Positions 47,825 through 57,434 of a DNA stretch of 57,822 bases are shown in pieces. The notes below the pieces were generated by a model. It had not been told where the DNA came from and made no database searches. It saw nothing but the letters and a program-made list of their open reading frames with translations. Every line of letters starts with the position of its first letter. Positions within the stretch are counted from its first letter, which is position 1. A program made the position numbers and the translations under genes. The stretch lies in assembly GCA_044870295.1 (NCBI GenBank), contig JBIOYQ010000142.1, forward strand, positions 1 through 57,822. The letters are read 5' to 3'. This DNA is from Actinomycetota bacterium. GTDB taxonomy: Bacteria; Actinomycetota; UBA4738.

Positions 47825-48355
47825 TCAATCTTCCAGGTCTTCCAGGCCGTCCAGGTCGAGGCTGGACAGTGGACCCCATCGCGGGTCCACGTCGGGCGGA
47901 CAGGTGCACTCGCCGAGGTTGAGATCCCCGCCGCACCGAGAGCACAGCCCGAGACAGTCGGGGCGGCACAACGGAGCGAACGGCAAGGCCAGCACCACCA
48001 CGTCCCGGATCAGCGGTTCGAGGTCGACCCGGCCCTCCACGAGCGGGTAGTCGTCGGACTCGGGTTCGGCGCCGTCCGCGTACAGCTCCTGCACGTCGAT
48101 CTCGAAGTCCTGGTCGAACGGCTTCAAGCACCGGGCGCAGGAGAGCCTCATGGATCCTGACACCGGGCCGCTCACGACGATGCCGTCCGTGACGCTCTCG
48201 AACAGCAGGGTGGCCTCGATGGGACGGTCGTCCGGCACCGCCGCCAGCTGGGTGACCAGCCCGGAGATGGCCTCGTCCACCCGGACGGTGCGCGACGCGC
48301 CAGGGCTGGAGATGAGGTCTCGCACGTCGATCACGGTCGTCATCAGCTTCGTCAT
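47825..48355 (-). CDS. yceD: YceD/DUF177 family protein
   Basis: Located upstream of rpmF. Carries C.RCL..........V.E.Y and CRPDCLGLCSRCGGDLN...C.C motifs. Confidence 0.88.
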   Translation of the reverse strand: MTKLMTTVIDVRDLISSPGASRTVRVDEAISGLVTQLAAVPDDRPIEATLLFESVTDGIVVSGPVSGSMRLSCARCLKPFDQDFEIDVQELYADGAEPESDDYPLVEGRVDLEPLIRDVVVLALPFAPLCRPDCLGLCSRCGGDLNLGECTCPPDVDPRWGPLSSLDLDGLEDLED

Positions 48356-48867
48356 GGCTCCTCGTCTTCGACTTCGGCCTGACCGAACTCCTCCTCAGCG
48401 ACGGAGACGCCTCGCAGCTTGTCGCGGCCCCGCCGGACCTGGGCGACGGACCGGTCGATCTCGCCGGAGGTCTTTTCGAGCACGATCTCAAACTGCGCGA
48501 GCTTGGCGTCGACGTAGTCCTCAGCCTCGAGGCGGATCTGCCGCGCCATCTCGCGCGCCTCTTCGAGGATGCGCTCCGCCTCGGCTTGCGCCGATCGAAC
48601 GACCTCCTCCCGCGACACGAGCCTGAACCGTTCGGCCTGGGCTTCCTCCACCAAGTGCTCGCCGTCGCGGCGGGCCTTCGACAGCAGCTCCTCGCGGTCC
48701 TTGACGACCCACCGCGCCTGCTTGATCTCCTCGGGCAGCTCCGCCTGAGCGGCCTGCAGGATGTCCAGGACCTCCTGCTGGTTCACCAGCACGCTGGAGG
48801 ACAGCGGCATGGACTTCGCCGTCCGGACGAGCTCTTCGATCTGCTGGAGGCGCGCGCCGATATCCAC
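48352..48867 (-). CDS. SepIVA-like coiled-coil protein (DivIVA-related; resembles mycobacterial Rv2927c family)
   Basis: LQQIEELVRTAKSMPLSSSVLVNQQEVLDILQAAQAELPEEIKQARWV..., then coiled coil and EDYVDAKLAQFE. Conserved position between coaD and yceD. GTG at 48867 has SD GGGAGGG. Its stop overlaps the yceD ATG (ATGA). Confidence 0.7.
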   Translation of the reverse strand: MDIGARLQQIEELVRTAKSMPLSSSVLVNQQEVLDILQAAQAELPEEIKQARWVVKDREELLSKARRDGEHLVEEAQAERFRLVSREEVVRSAQAEAERILEEAREMARQIRLEAEDYVDAKLAQFEIVLEKTSGEIDRSVAQVRRGRDKLRGVSVAEEEFGQAEVEDEEP

Positions 48868-48868
48868 C

Positions 48869-49357
48869 TCAGTCCCTCCCCGGCGCGAGCTTCTCCTCGA
48901 GACGGTCTCGCACGAATGCAGGCACCAGACCGGCCACGTCGCCGCCGAAGCCAACCACTTCCTTGATCAGGGACGACGAGATGAAGGACCACTGTGGGCT
49001 GGTTGGGATGAACAGGGTCTCCAGTCCGGTGAGGTGCCGGTTCATCTGGGCCATCTTCAACTCGAAGTCGACGTCGCCCTCGCCGCGCAGCCCCTTCAGG
49101 ATCACGTCCACGCTCCGGTCTCGGGCGAAGTCGACCAGCAGCCCAGAGAACGAGGCCACCTCGACGCCATCGAGGTGCGCGGTCGCCTCCTTGAGCATGG
49201 CCACGCGGTCCTCCAGGCCGAACAAGGGCTCTTTGGCGGGGTTCTCCAGCACGCCCACGACGACACCGTCGAACCGGGCGGCCGCCCGTTCGATGATGTC
49301 GATGTGGCCGTTGGTTACGGGGTCGAAGGTCCCCGGACACAGGGCTGTGAGCCCCAT
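48869..49357 (-). CDS. coaD: phosphopantetheine adenylyltransferase
   Basis: CPGTFDPVTNGHIDIIERAA, VVGV..NP.K, ISSSLIKEV. Confidence 0.95.
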   Translation of the reverse strand: MGLTALCPGTFDPVTNGHIDIIERAAARFDGVVVGVLENPAKEPLFGLEDRVAMLKEATAHLDGVEVASFSGLLVDFARDRSVDVILKGLRGEGDVDFELKMAQMNRHLTGLETLFIPTSPQWSFISSSLIKEVVGFGGDVAGLVPAFVRDRLEEKLAPGRD

Positions 49358-49377
49358 CCTCCCGAGCCTCCTCGCAT

Positions 49378-49929
49378 TCAGGGGATTCGGTAGACGAACA
49401 CCAGGGTGTCGCCGTACGAAAGGCGCCGCTCGAGCAGCCAGTTTACTGGAATCACAGGCATGTAAGTTCGGGTGGAGCGGCTCAGAATGACTCGCCCACC
49501 GGGCTCCACAACGCCCTGACCAGCCAGTTCGCGGAGGAGTTCCTCCAGGGCCGGCTGCTCCAGACGGTAGGGGGGGTCCAGGAAGGCCAGTTCGAATGGG
49601 CCAGGACGCTCCCGGACGGCCCGCAGGGCGTCGAGGCGCCGGACCCGGCCGAGCTTGCTCAGCTTGGTCCGGCGGAGGTTCTCTCCGATGGCCTTGATCG
49701 CCCCCGGCGCCGAGTCCACGAACAACGCCGACTCGGCCCCCCGGGACAACGCCTCGATGCCGATGGCGCCCGTGCCGGCGAAGAGGTCCAGGACTCTGGC
49801 GCCCTCGACGGAGACGCCCAGGCTGGAGAACAGGCCCTCCCGGGCGCGGTCGGACATGGGCCGGGTTCCGGCCGGTACCGGGGCCAGCCGGGTCCCCTTC
49901 GCCGAGCCGGCCACGATCCTCATCGTCAT
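49378..49929 (-). CDS. rsmD: 16S rRNA (guanine966-N2)-methyltransferase RsmD
   Basis: MRIVAGSAKGTRL....G.TRP.SDRAREGLFS.L, VLDLFAGTGA.GIEALSRGA, FLDPPY. Confidence 0.92.
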   Translation of the reverse strand: MTMRIVAGSAKGTRLAPVPAGTRPMSDRAREGLFSSLGVSVEGARVLDLFAGTGAIGIEALSRGAESALFVDSAPGAIKAIGENLRRTKLSKLGRVRRLDALRAVRERPGPFELAFLDPPYRLEQPALEELLRELAGQGVVEPGGRVILSRSTRTYMPVIPVNWLLERRLSYGDTLVFVYRIP

Positions 49930-49942
49930 GGGGCGGTGGACG

Positions 49943-52216
49943 TCAGGAGTGGAACAGCCACTCGATGGCCTCCCCCTTGAACGACTGGCGAAGGAGGTCC
50001 AGCAGCTGGGGATGCCGGTCCAGGTCGGGATCGTTCTCGACGATGGCGAACGCCCGCGCCCGGGCCCGCCGGACCAGGTCGGCGTCGTCTGCCAGCCGCG
50101 CCAGCTTCAGGTCGGGCATGCCGGACTGCCGGATGTCGAAGAGCGTCCCCTCGCCGCGAAGGCGGAGGTCTTCGTCGGCCAGCTCGAACCCATCGGTGGT
50201 GCGAGTCATGGCTTCGAGCCTGGCCCGGGCCTCCTGGTTGTCGGGGGGACTCTCGTCGAAGAGCACGCACGTGGACGGATGCCCGCCTCGGCCGATCCGA
50301 CCGCGGAGCTGGTGGAGCTGCGCCAAACCGAACCGCTCGGCGTTCTCGACCAGCATCACGGTGGCGTTGGGGACGTCGACGCCGACCTCGATCACGGTGG
50401 TCGAGATCAGCACGTCGGCGAGCCCCGACCGGAAGTCCTCCATGACGGCTTCCTTCTCCCCCGGCCGCATCCGCCCGTGCAGCAGCGCGATGTTCAGGTC
50501 GGGAAAGATCTGTGCGCGAAGCCGCTGGGCCTCCTTCTCCGCGGCCTTCACCTCGAGGCGGTTCGCCTCATCGATCGCCGCGCAGACCACGAACGCCTGG
50601 TGCTTTGCCTCGACCTCTTCGCGGACCAGCGCATACGCCTGAGAGCGTTCGGCCGCCGTGCGGGCCACCGTCGTCCGGATCGGCTGGCGGCCCGCGGGCA
50701 GCTCGTCCAGCACCGAGACGTCCAGATCGCCGTAATAGGTGAGGGCCAGCGTCCGCGGGATCGGGGTCGCTGTCATGATCAGCACGTCGGGGTGGGCGCC
50801 CTTCTCCTTCAGCACCACACGTTGGTGCACCCCGAACCGATGCTGCTCGTCGATCACCGCCAGGCTGAGGTCCGCGAACTCCACGCCTTCCTGGACCAGG
50901 GCGTGCGTCCCGATCACCAGGTCGACGGTCCCGTCGCGCACAGCGTCGAGGACCCGCTGCCGGTCCCGGCCGGTGACCGAGGCGGTGAGGAGCGCGTACG
51001 TCATGCCCGGCCCGGCGACCAAGGACGCCGGCTCCGGTGCGGGTTCGGGTTCCGCTTCGGCCACGAGGTCAAGCAACGAGGGCTGGTCGTCCGGCAGCGT
51101 CGCCTCAGCGATGTCGGCCAGGAGGTCGCGGCCACCCACGGACCTCAGCAGCGTCCCAGCGGTGCGGAAGTGTTGGCCGGCGAGTACCTCGGTGGGAGCC
51201 ATGATGGTCGCCTGGTGGCCCGATTGGATGGCCGCCAGAGCCGCGTAGAGCGCGACCACCGTCTTGCCCGACCCCACATCACCCTGGAGGAGCCGATTCA
51301 TGGGCTTCGGCGCGGCCAGATCCTGCTCCAGCTCGGCGATGGTTCGACGCTGCGCCGCGGTCAGCTCGAACGGCAGGCCGGACAGGAAGGCGGTGGTCAG
51401 TTCGCCTTCGATCTGGTGAACGACCCCCTTCGCTCCGGCCTCCACCCGATGCTTGCGGAAGGCCACGCCGAGCTCCAAGGCGAACAACTCGTCGAACTTG
51501 AGGCGGTCCCGCGCGCCGGCCAGCGCCTCGGGGTCGTCGGGAAAGTGGATGGCGCGAAGCGCCTCGTCTTCCGGACCCAGGCCTTCTCCCTTGACCACGT
51601 CGGGCGGCAACGGGTCGGGGATCCGGCCCAACCGCTGCAGCGCTCGGAACACCAGCTCGCGGATGGTCCGAGTGGAGATCCCTTCTGTCGCCGGATGGAC
51701 GGGAGTGATGCGGCCCGTGTGAACAGTTTCCCCTTCGTCCCCCCGCAGCACCTCCACCTCCTGGTTCGCCAGCTGGAGCCGTCCGCGGTATACGGAGGCG
51801 ACGCCGGACACCGCGAGCTCGACGCCCTCGCGGTACGCCGAGGCGGTCCAGGGCTGGTTGAAGTACACGAGGTCCAGGGAGCCGGTGCCGTCATAGAGCG
51901 TGATCGTGACCATCGACTGGCGGCGGCGGGTGACCCGACGGTCGACTCGCTTCACCCTGCCGATGACCGTGACCTGCTCACCCTGCCGGAACCGAAGCTC
52001 CCCAACGGGGACGGTGGCCGACCGGTCGATGTACCGGCGGGGGTAGTGGCGGAGCAGCTCACCGACGGTGGAGATGCCGAGCCCGTGCTCGAGGACCTCG
52101 TGAGCGGGCGGACCCTTCGTCCGCATTCCCGTGCGGCGGTTCGCGACGCGCGGGTCGATGTCGGCGACGGGACGGTCCAGGCTCAGGGGGCCGTCGGGGG
52201 TGGAGCCGGCGCTCAC
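49943..52216 (-). CDS. recG: ATP-dependent DNA helicase RecG
   Basis: Wedge domain, FELT.AQ, LLQGDVGSGKT (motif I), IDEQHRFGV (DEQH), MTATPIPRT, GRIGRG. The GTG start overlaps the yloV stop (GTGA). Confidence 0.96.
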   Translation of the reverse strand: MSAGSTPDGPLSLDRPVADIDPRVANRRTGMRTKGPPAHEVLEHGLGISTVGELLRHYPRRYIDRSATVPVGELRFRQGEQVTVIGRVKRVDRRVTRRRQSMVTITLYDGTGSLDLVYFNQPWTASAYREGVELAVSGVASVYRGRLQLANQEVEVLRGDEGETVHTGRITPVHPATEGISTRTIRELVFRALQRLGRIPDPLPPDVVKGEGLGPEDEALRAIHFPDDPEALAGARDRLKFDELFALELGVAFRKHRVEAGAKGVVHQIEGELTTAFLSGLPFELTAAQRRTIAELEQDLAAPKPMNRLLQGDVGSGKTVVALYAALAAIQSGHQATIMAPTEVLAGQHFRTAGTLLRSVGGRDLLADIAEATLPDDQPSLLDLVAEAEPEPAPEPASLVAGPGMTYALLTASVTGRDRQRVLDAVRDGTVDLVIGTHALVQEGVEFADLSLAVIDEQHRFGVHQRVVLKEKGAHPDVLIMTATPIPRTLALTYYGDLDVSVLDELPAGRQPIRTTVARTAAERSQAYALVREEVEAKHQAFVVCAAIDEANRLEVKAAEKEAQRLRAQIFPDLNIALLHGRMRPGEKEAVMEDFRSGLADVLISTTVIEVGVDVPNATVMLVENAERFGLAQLHQLRGRIGRGGHPSTCVLFDESPPDNQEARARLEAMTRTTDGFELADEDLRLRGEGTLFDIRQSGMPDLKLARLADDADLVRRARARAFAIVENDPDLDRHPQLLDLLRQSFKGEAIEWLFHS

Positions 52217-53736
52217 TCCACCCCGATGAGGAAGGGAGGCCCGGGCTGTCCTCCGTCCACCACGTGCACTTCCAGGTCTGGGAAGGACCGCACGAGAGCC
52301 CCGACGACGGCGTCGCGATCGTCGTCCGTTGCGGCAGCTCCGGCGACCACCGTGATCAGCTCGGGACGCTCCCCCAGCAACCCGGTGACCACATCGACCG
52401 CGTCGGTTGTGGCAACCGTCGCAAGCGCCGCGCTGCGCACCCGTTCGGCGGCCTCGCCCATCGCGGTCGCGTTGTCCTGGCGTGAACCGATCGGATTGAA
52501 GGCCGTCGCCGCCGCCACGCCAGCGGGGATGGAGTCGGCTGCCACCACGATCACGTCCTTCGACCCGTGGGCCATCGCGTCATCGATGGAACGCGCCGCG
52601 TCCGCGGCGTTCGGGATGACGAACACGGTGCGGGCTGGCGCCGATTCGATCGCGGAGACGATCCCGGAGACGGCGGCGGGATCCGACGGATCCGCCCGGA
52701 CCACGTCGGCGCCCAGCGAACGGAAGACCCCGATCAACCCGTCGCCAACGGCCAGGACCACCATCGCGCACGTTCCCTCGGCAATCTGGACGGCGCGGGC
52801 CTGTCCGGCCACGCACTCCGCCACGCGATCCGCCAGCGAGTCCACCCGGACCTCCCGCACCCCACCGGCTCGGCGGCCGGCCTCGACGGCCGCGTCGGGC
52901 CGATCGGTGTGCACGTGGACGTTGAACATACCGCTGCCGCCGACTAGTACCAGCGAATCACCCAGGCCTGCGAGCTGAGATCGAAGCGAAGCCGCGGCGT
53001 CGTCGGAAGCGTCCAGAAGGAACTGCACCTCGTAGGGGAACGTGAGGTCGGGAGCGGGACGATCGCCGGGCGACCTCCCGACGGGGCCGAGTGGCCCGAT
53101 GGGTTCGGACGGCCGGGCTCCCCGGACGGCCGCCACGAGGGCATCGAGCAGCAGCACGATGCCCTTGCCCCCCGCGTCGACCACACCGGCCTCGCGCAGC
53201 TCGGGCAGCTGGTCGCGGGTCTTGGCCAGCGAGCGACGCGCATCATCCAGCGCGGCTGCCAGCACCGTCGACACCCCGGCCTCCGAGCTGCCCTCGGCGG
53301 TTGCCGCCCCGTCCGCGGCGTCCCGGAGCACCGACAGCACCGTGCCCTCCTTGGGCCGGGCCACCGCCCGATAGGCCTGATCGGCCGCTCGGCGCAGCCC
53401 CTCACGGACCTCGGCGGGCCCGTACGTCCCGTCCTCCCGCATGGCTTCCACCAGACCGCGCAGCACCTGCGAGAGGATCACGCCGGAGTTCCCCCGCCCC
53501 CCCATCAGCGACGAGTTGGAGACGGCCTCACGAACCTCGGATGCCGGGCTACCGCCGCCGTTCGAGTCGAGCGCCCTGACCACCGCGGTCTGGGTCAGCA
53601 GCAGGTTCGTGCCGGTGTCTCCATCGGGCACGGGGTACACGTTCAGGGAGTCGAGCTCGTCGCGGTGATCCCGCAACGCCTCGGCGTACATGCGCATCGC
53701 CAGCTGAAACGTGGCGAGGTCCAAGGCGTCCGCCAT
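52213..53736 (-). CDS. yloV: DAK2-domain fusion protein YloV
   Basis: LN.YPVPDGDTGTNLLLT, GGRGNSGVILSQ, a C-terminal DegV/uncharacterised domain, and position upstream of recG. ATG at 53736. Confidence 0.9.
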   Translation of the reverse strand: MADALDLATFQLAMRMYAEALRDHRDELDSLNVYPVPDGDTGTNLLLTQTAVVRALDSNGGGSPASEVREAVSNSSLMGGRGNSGVILSQVLRGLVEAMREDGTYGPAEVREGLRRAADQAYRAVARPKEGTVLSVLRDAADGAATAEGSSEAGVSTVLAAALDDARRSLAKTRDQLPELREAGVVDAGGKGIVLLLDALVAAVRGARPSEPIGPLGPVGRSPGDRPAPDLTFPYEVQFLLDASDDAAASLRSQLAGLGDSLVLVGGSGMFNVHVHTDRPDAAVEAGRRAGGVREVRVDSLADRVAECVAGQARAVQIAEGTCAMVVLAVGDGLIGVFRSLGADVVRADPSDPAAVSGIVSAIESAPARTVFVIPNAADAARSIDDAMAHGSKDVIVVAADSIPAGVAAATAFNPIGSRQDNATAMGEAAERVRSAALATVATTDAVDVVTGLLGERPELITVVAGAAATDDDRDAVVGALVRSFPDLEVHVVDGGQPGPPFLIGVE

Positions 53737-53782
53737 GTCGGGCCATCCTAACGGCCGGTTGTCCGGCACAATACGAGGTGGA

Positions 53783-54358
53783 ATGGAACGCGAACGAGGC
53801 TGGTTCGCCCCGGCGGTCCGCACCGCCATGGTGATCGTGGTCATGTCGACGCTGGCCGTCGGATGCGGCTCGAGCAGCGGCTCGGATTGTGCCTCGGGCA
53901 AGGATCTCCTTCCCCCCAGCCCGACGGCCCTCCCGACCATGGACGTCCAGCAGTTCCGCGAGCTCATGTGCCAGCTGCACGGGAAGCCGGTGGTAGTGAA
54001 CGTCTGGGCCTCCTGGTGCGGGCCCTGCATCGTCGAGGCGCCGGAGCTGGCGGCCGTCGCCAAGGACTTCCAGGGGCAGGTGCAGTTCCTCGGAGTGGAC
54101 ATCCAGGATCAGCCGGGGCTGGCCAAGGCGTTCATCAGCAAAGAAGGATGGATCTACCCGAGCGTGTTCGATCCCACCGGTGCCATCCGTGACTCGTTCG
54201 GCGTCCTCGGAGTTCCCCACACCCTGTTCTACGACGCGAACGGGGAGCACACCTTCACGTGGAGCGGTCCGGTGAGGAAGCCCATCCTGGAGAGCGGGAT
54301 CCGGGGAGCGCTCCACCGTGGGAGCGGATCGCCCGCGCCGTCACCCAGCGGCAGCTGA
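53783..54358 (+). CDS. TlpA/ResA-like thiol:disulfide oxidoreductase lipoprotein (WCGPC)
   Basis: Lipobox MVIVVMSTLAVGC. Redoxin core VVVNVWASWCGPCIVEAPEL ... GVPHTLFYD. The start at ATG 53783 is somewhat uncertain. Confidence 0.85.
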   Translation: MERERGWFAPAVRTAMVIVVMSTLAVGCGSSSGSDCASGKDLLPPSPTALPTMDVQQFRELMCQLHGKPVVVNVWASWCGPCIVEAPELAAVAKDFQGQVQFLGVDIQDQPGLAKAFISKEGWIYPSVFDPTGAIRDSFGVLGVPHTLFYDANGEHTFTWSGPVRKPILESGIRGALHRGSGSPAPSPSGS

Positions 54359-54369
54359 CCGCTCGAGGG

Positions 54370-55272
54370 TCAGGCGCCCCACACGGCCGACTCGTCGATG
54401 CCCGAGCCGTTGCCCTCACCCGTGGACTGGAAGTGCCGGAGCTCGTGGCTCGCCTCTTCGACCAGGGCGTCGCTCTCGGCGACCGGTCCCGTGTCCTCGC
54501 TGTTCAGCGAGGGGGGCTCACCCAGCAACGGCCAGTCGGAGTCCGAAGGACCGGGGATGGCGCCGAGGGGCGGCGCCGGAGAGCGGTCGGAGGAGAGGGC
54601 GGCGAACGCCTCCGCCACCGAGTTGTCGGTCGCGTCCATCCTGGCCCTGATCTCGTCCAGGCCCGACGGTGCGGCCAGCAGGGGAAGGGTGGACGCGGTC
54701 GAGAATCCGGACATCTGAGCGTCGACCTTCACCATGGCCTCCACCGCCGGGGCGAGGGCGCTCTGCACTCTGTCGGGGACGGATTCGATCTGGGCGCGAG
54801 CGTGCTCGATGGCCGACTGGACGGAGCCGAGAGCCGACGCGGCCTGCTCGCGCCACGCGGAGAATCGGACGACTTCGGTCTGGACCTCTCGCCACAACCG
54901 GTCGGCCTCGAGGATGTGATCGCGCGTGGAAAGCCGGGCTCGGGCCAGGATCTGGCTGGTCGACTCCTCCGCGGCCATGATGATCTTGGCCAGCTCCTCG
55001 GTCATGAACTGCGGCGTGAGGGGCACCTCCTCCGCCTCTGCGGGGGCGGGCTCCGGTGCCTCCGGTGTTGCCGCGATCCTCTCGTTGAGCTCGGAGATGG
55101 CCGCCTCGCGGGCGGTCACCTGCTCCTCCAGACGCGCCGCCTTGGCTTCTGCCTCTCGGACCCTCCGCTCGGCCAGGGCCAGCATCGAGTCGCGGTCGGC
55201 CAGCATCTGGTCGACCACCATCGGGTCGTAACCGAAGGGCTTGCGTGGAAGCTTCGGCGGTTGGTCCGTCAT
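54370..55272 (-). CDS. DivIVA-domain-like coiled-coil protein
   Basis: The N-terminus KPFGYDPMVVDQMLADRD resembles the DivIVA N-domain (GYD..EVD.FL). It is followed by coiled-coil heptads and an acidic C-terminus. Confidence 0.6.
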   Translation of the reverse strand: MTDQPPKLPRKPFGYDPMVVDQMLADRDSMLALAERRVREAEAKAARLEEQVTAREAAISELNERIAATPEAPEPAPAEAEEVPLTPQFMTEELAKIIMAAEESTSQILARARLSTRDHILEADRLWREVQTEVVRFSAWREQAASALGSVQSAIEHARAQIESVPDRVQSALAPAVEAMVKVDAQMSGFSTASTLPLLAAPSGLDEIRARMDATDNSVAEAFAALSSDRSPAPPLGAIPGPSDSDWPLLGEPPSLNSEDTGPVAESDALVEEASHELRHFQSTGEGNGSGIDESAVWGA

Positions 55273-55450
55273 TCGATCAGAGCCTCCTCGTCAGGCGGAC
55301 GCTCAGCGGTCAGAGGTCGACCGCTCCTCAAGCGAGAGCATCGGCAGTCCGATGGGCAGGCTGAAGGTCACCCGAGTGAAATCGATGGGTCCCCCTATGG
55401 ACGGACACGGCCCTTGCCCAGGCCGATGCTGCTGCTAGGGTGAGGCGATC

Positions 55451-57184
55451 GTGGTTCGGGGGCGCCCGCTCGCTTGGTTCGCCGTCCTTGCCGTGTTCGG
55501 CGGCCTCCTCGCCGGACTCGGGGCTCGTACGGCAGGCGCTGCCTCCACGCCGCTCCCGCGCATCCTGTTCACGTCTGCGCCCGGCGCCAGTGTCCTGGTG
55601 CACGGCACCTATCCGAAGGTGGACTCGCCCTGTGTGCGGCCGGTCCAGCCCATCCTGCACTCGAGGTTCCCCGGGACCGTCGAGGTAGGGAGGGACACCG
55701 ACGGCACCCTCTTCGTGATCGGGGTCCTGCCGTTCGAGCAATACCTCGAGGGAATCGCCGAGGTGCCCCGGACGTGGCCCATGGCCGCGCTGGAAGCCCA
55801 GGTGGTGGCGGCCCGGTCGTATGCGCTCGCGCACATGTCGTACCCCGACACCACCGGAGACCGACTCGGATACGACCTGTGCGCCACCACGGCATGCCAG
55901 GTGTATGCCGGGATGCGCGTGGGCGCCGGCCCCTATGGGGAACGATGGCGGCAGGCGGTGGACGCCACCAGGGACAAGGTCCTCCTCTACAAGGGCAAGC
56001 CTGCCGACACGCTGTACTTCTCCACCTCGAACGGCTCGACCGTGGGGAACGACAAGGTCTTCGGAACGGCACCCCTGCCCTACCTCAGGCCGATCACGGA
56101 GCGCGACGACGGCGCGTCCCAGCTCTCCCACTGGGACGCCACCATTCCCTTCTCCGATGTCGGCCGTTTCCTGCGCGCGGCGGGCGTGTGGGGCAGCGAG
56201 AAGGTGACCTCCGTGACCAGGTCGGGATCCAACGTCACGATCAAGGGCGGCGGGCGAACGGAGACGCAGTCCGTCACCGACTTCAGGATCGACCTGAACT
56301 ACTGGGGCCCGTGCCTCGACCCCGATCACTACCCCACCAACGGGTTGCCGCAGACGGTCCCGTCGAAGTGGTTCTCCATGGGCGACTCGGGCAGCTCGGT
56401 GACGATCACCGGACGGGGATGGGGGCACGGCGTGGGGATGGTGCAGTGGGGAGCCTACGGCAAGGCCCTCCGGGGCCTGTCCTGCGGCGACATCTTGGCG
56501 GCGTACTACGGCGGGCTCAAACCCAAGACGTACGCGGAGCCCGCCACCATCCGGATCGGGATCGCCACCGGCTTGAAGACCGTCACCGTGGTCCCGGACG
56601 GCGAGGTCATCATGAGCGGCGCCGAGCCTGCGGACAGCCCGTGGCTGGTGACTTCCGGCAAGCGCCTGAAGGTGAAGCACGGCAGGGCGCCGGCGAACCC
56701 CCTCTCCCCCGGCAAGCTGCTGGACGCCCCGCAGCAGGCGAAGGTGGGCAGGACGCTGCGCGTGCGCGCCACCGTCCCCGATCTCCTGGTGTCGCAGCTG
56801 GTCTTCCGCGTCCCCGGGCAGCCAGACGCCGACGTGGGGAAAGGCGTCACCACGCTGCCGGGGACCGTCTCGCTGTCCGGGACGGTTCCCGACCTGCCAC
56901 CGGGGACCTACCGCCTGCAGGTCGAGTACACGAACGGCACCGACATCGTGCGCAGCCGCGCCAAGCGCGTGCTGGTGACCGGTGGGACGGTCCCGTCGCC
57001 GAGTCCGTCCCCGACACCGTCGTTCGTCCCCACCACCTCACCACCGCTGGCTTTGGCGCCGGCGGGATCGAGCCGCATCGGACTCACCGTCGCCATTGCC
57101 GCCATCGGGCTGATCGCGATCGGCCTTGGGACATTGCTGTTCCTGCGTCGCCGCAGGGCCCACCGCGCCACTCCGCCTCCCTGA
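55451..57184 (+). CDS. SpoIID/LytB-domain protein with PST-rich linker and C-terminal TM anchor
   Basis: Signal peptide. SpoIID motifs: LPFEQYLEGIAEVP..WP..ALEAQVVAARSYAL, LCATTACQVY, LYFSTSNGST, GHGVGM.QWGA. C-terminus: PSPSPSPTPS... IGLTVAIAAIGLIAIGLGTLLFLRRRR. Confidence 0.85.
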   Translation: MVRGRPLAWFAVLAVFGGLLAGLGARTAGAASTPLPRILFTSAPGASVLVHGTYPKVDSPCVRPVQPILHSRFPGTVEVGRDTDGTLFVIGVLPFEQYLEGIAEVPRTWPMAALEAQVVAARSYALAHMSYPDTTGDRLGYDLCATTACQVYAGMRVGAGPYGERWRQAVDATRDKVLLYKGKPADTLYFSTSNGSTVGNDKVFGTAPLPYLRPITERDDGASQLSHWDATIPFSDVGRFLRAAGVWGSEKVTSVTRSGSNVTIKGGGRTETQSVTDFRIDLNYWGPCLDPDHYPTNGLPQTVPSKWFSMGDSGSSVTITGRGWGHGVGMVQWGAYGKALRGLSCGDILAAYYGGLKPKTYAEPATIRIGIATGLKTVTVVPDGEVIMSGAEPADSPWLVTSGKRLKVKHGRAPANPLSPGKLLDAPQQAKVGRTLRVRATVPDLLVSQLVFRVPGQPDADVGKGVTTLPGTVSLSGTVPDLPPGTYRLQVEYTNGTDIVRSRAKRVLVTGGTVPSPSPSPTPSFVPTTSPPLALAPAGSSRIGLTVAIAAIGLIAIGLGTLLFLRRRRAHRATPPP

Positions 57185-57236
57185 CTGTCCGCCGTTCCTG
57201 GGCGAGCCGGAAGGCGGCTGCTACCATGCCTGGGCC

Positions 57237-57428
57237 ATGGCCTCCGTCTGCGAGATCTGCGGGAAGAAGCCCGGATTCGGGATGCGGGTTTCCCATTCGC
57301 ACCGCCGCACCCCGCGGCGATGGAACCCGAACGTCCAGAAGGTTCGGGCCGTAGTGAACGGCGCCCCGCGCCGGCTGAACGTCTGCACCTCCTGCCTCAA
57401 GGCAGGACGCGTCCAGCGCGCCGGCTGA
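57237..57428 (+). CDS. rpmB: 50S ribosomal protein L28 (Zn-ribbon C+ form)
   Basis: MASVCEICGKKPGFGMRVSHSHRRTPRRWNPNVQKVRAVVNG.PRRLNVCTSCLKAG. Confidence 0.93.
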   Translation: MASVCEICGKKPGFGMRVSHSHRRTPRRWNPNVQKVRAVVNGAPRRLNVCTSCLKAGRVQRAG

Positions 57429-57434
57429 AGTTCT

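Noticed and set aside
46896-48491. 531-aa minus-strand ORF upstream of and including RNase III.
   Set aside because: RNase III homology starts at GTG 47603. The upstream part overlaps rpmF (47621..47797) and yceD (47825..48355), which are well supported in other frames.
49655-52978. Very long plus-strand ORFs in the track. Examples are 49655..52978 (1107 aa), 22222..24720 (832 aa), 5672..7327, 3557..5104, 13724..15262, 20952..22763, 27426..29237, 42099..44054 and 35774..37318.
   Set aside because: All lie antisense to, or out of frame with, minus-strand genes that carry strong family signatures. Their translations are Arg/Gly/Pro/Ala/His-rich low-complexity strings, typical of shadow ORFs in 70% GC DNA. 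None has a recognisable motif or SD.
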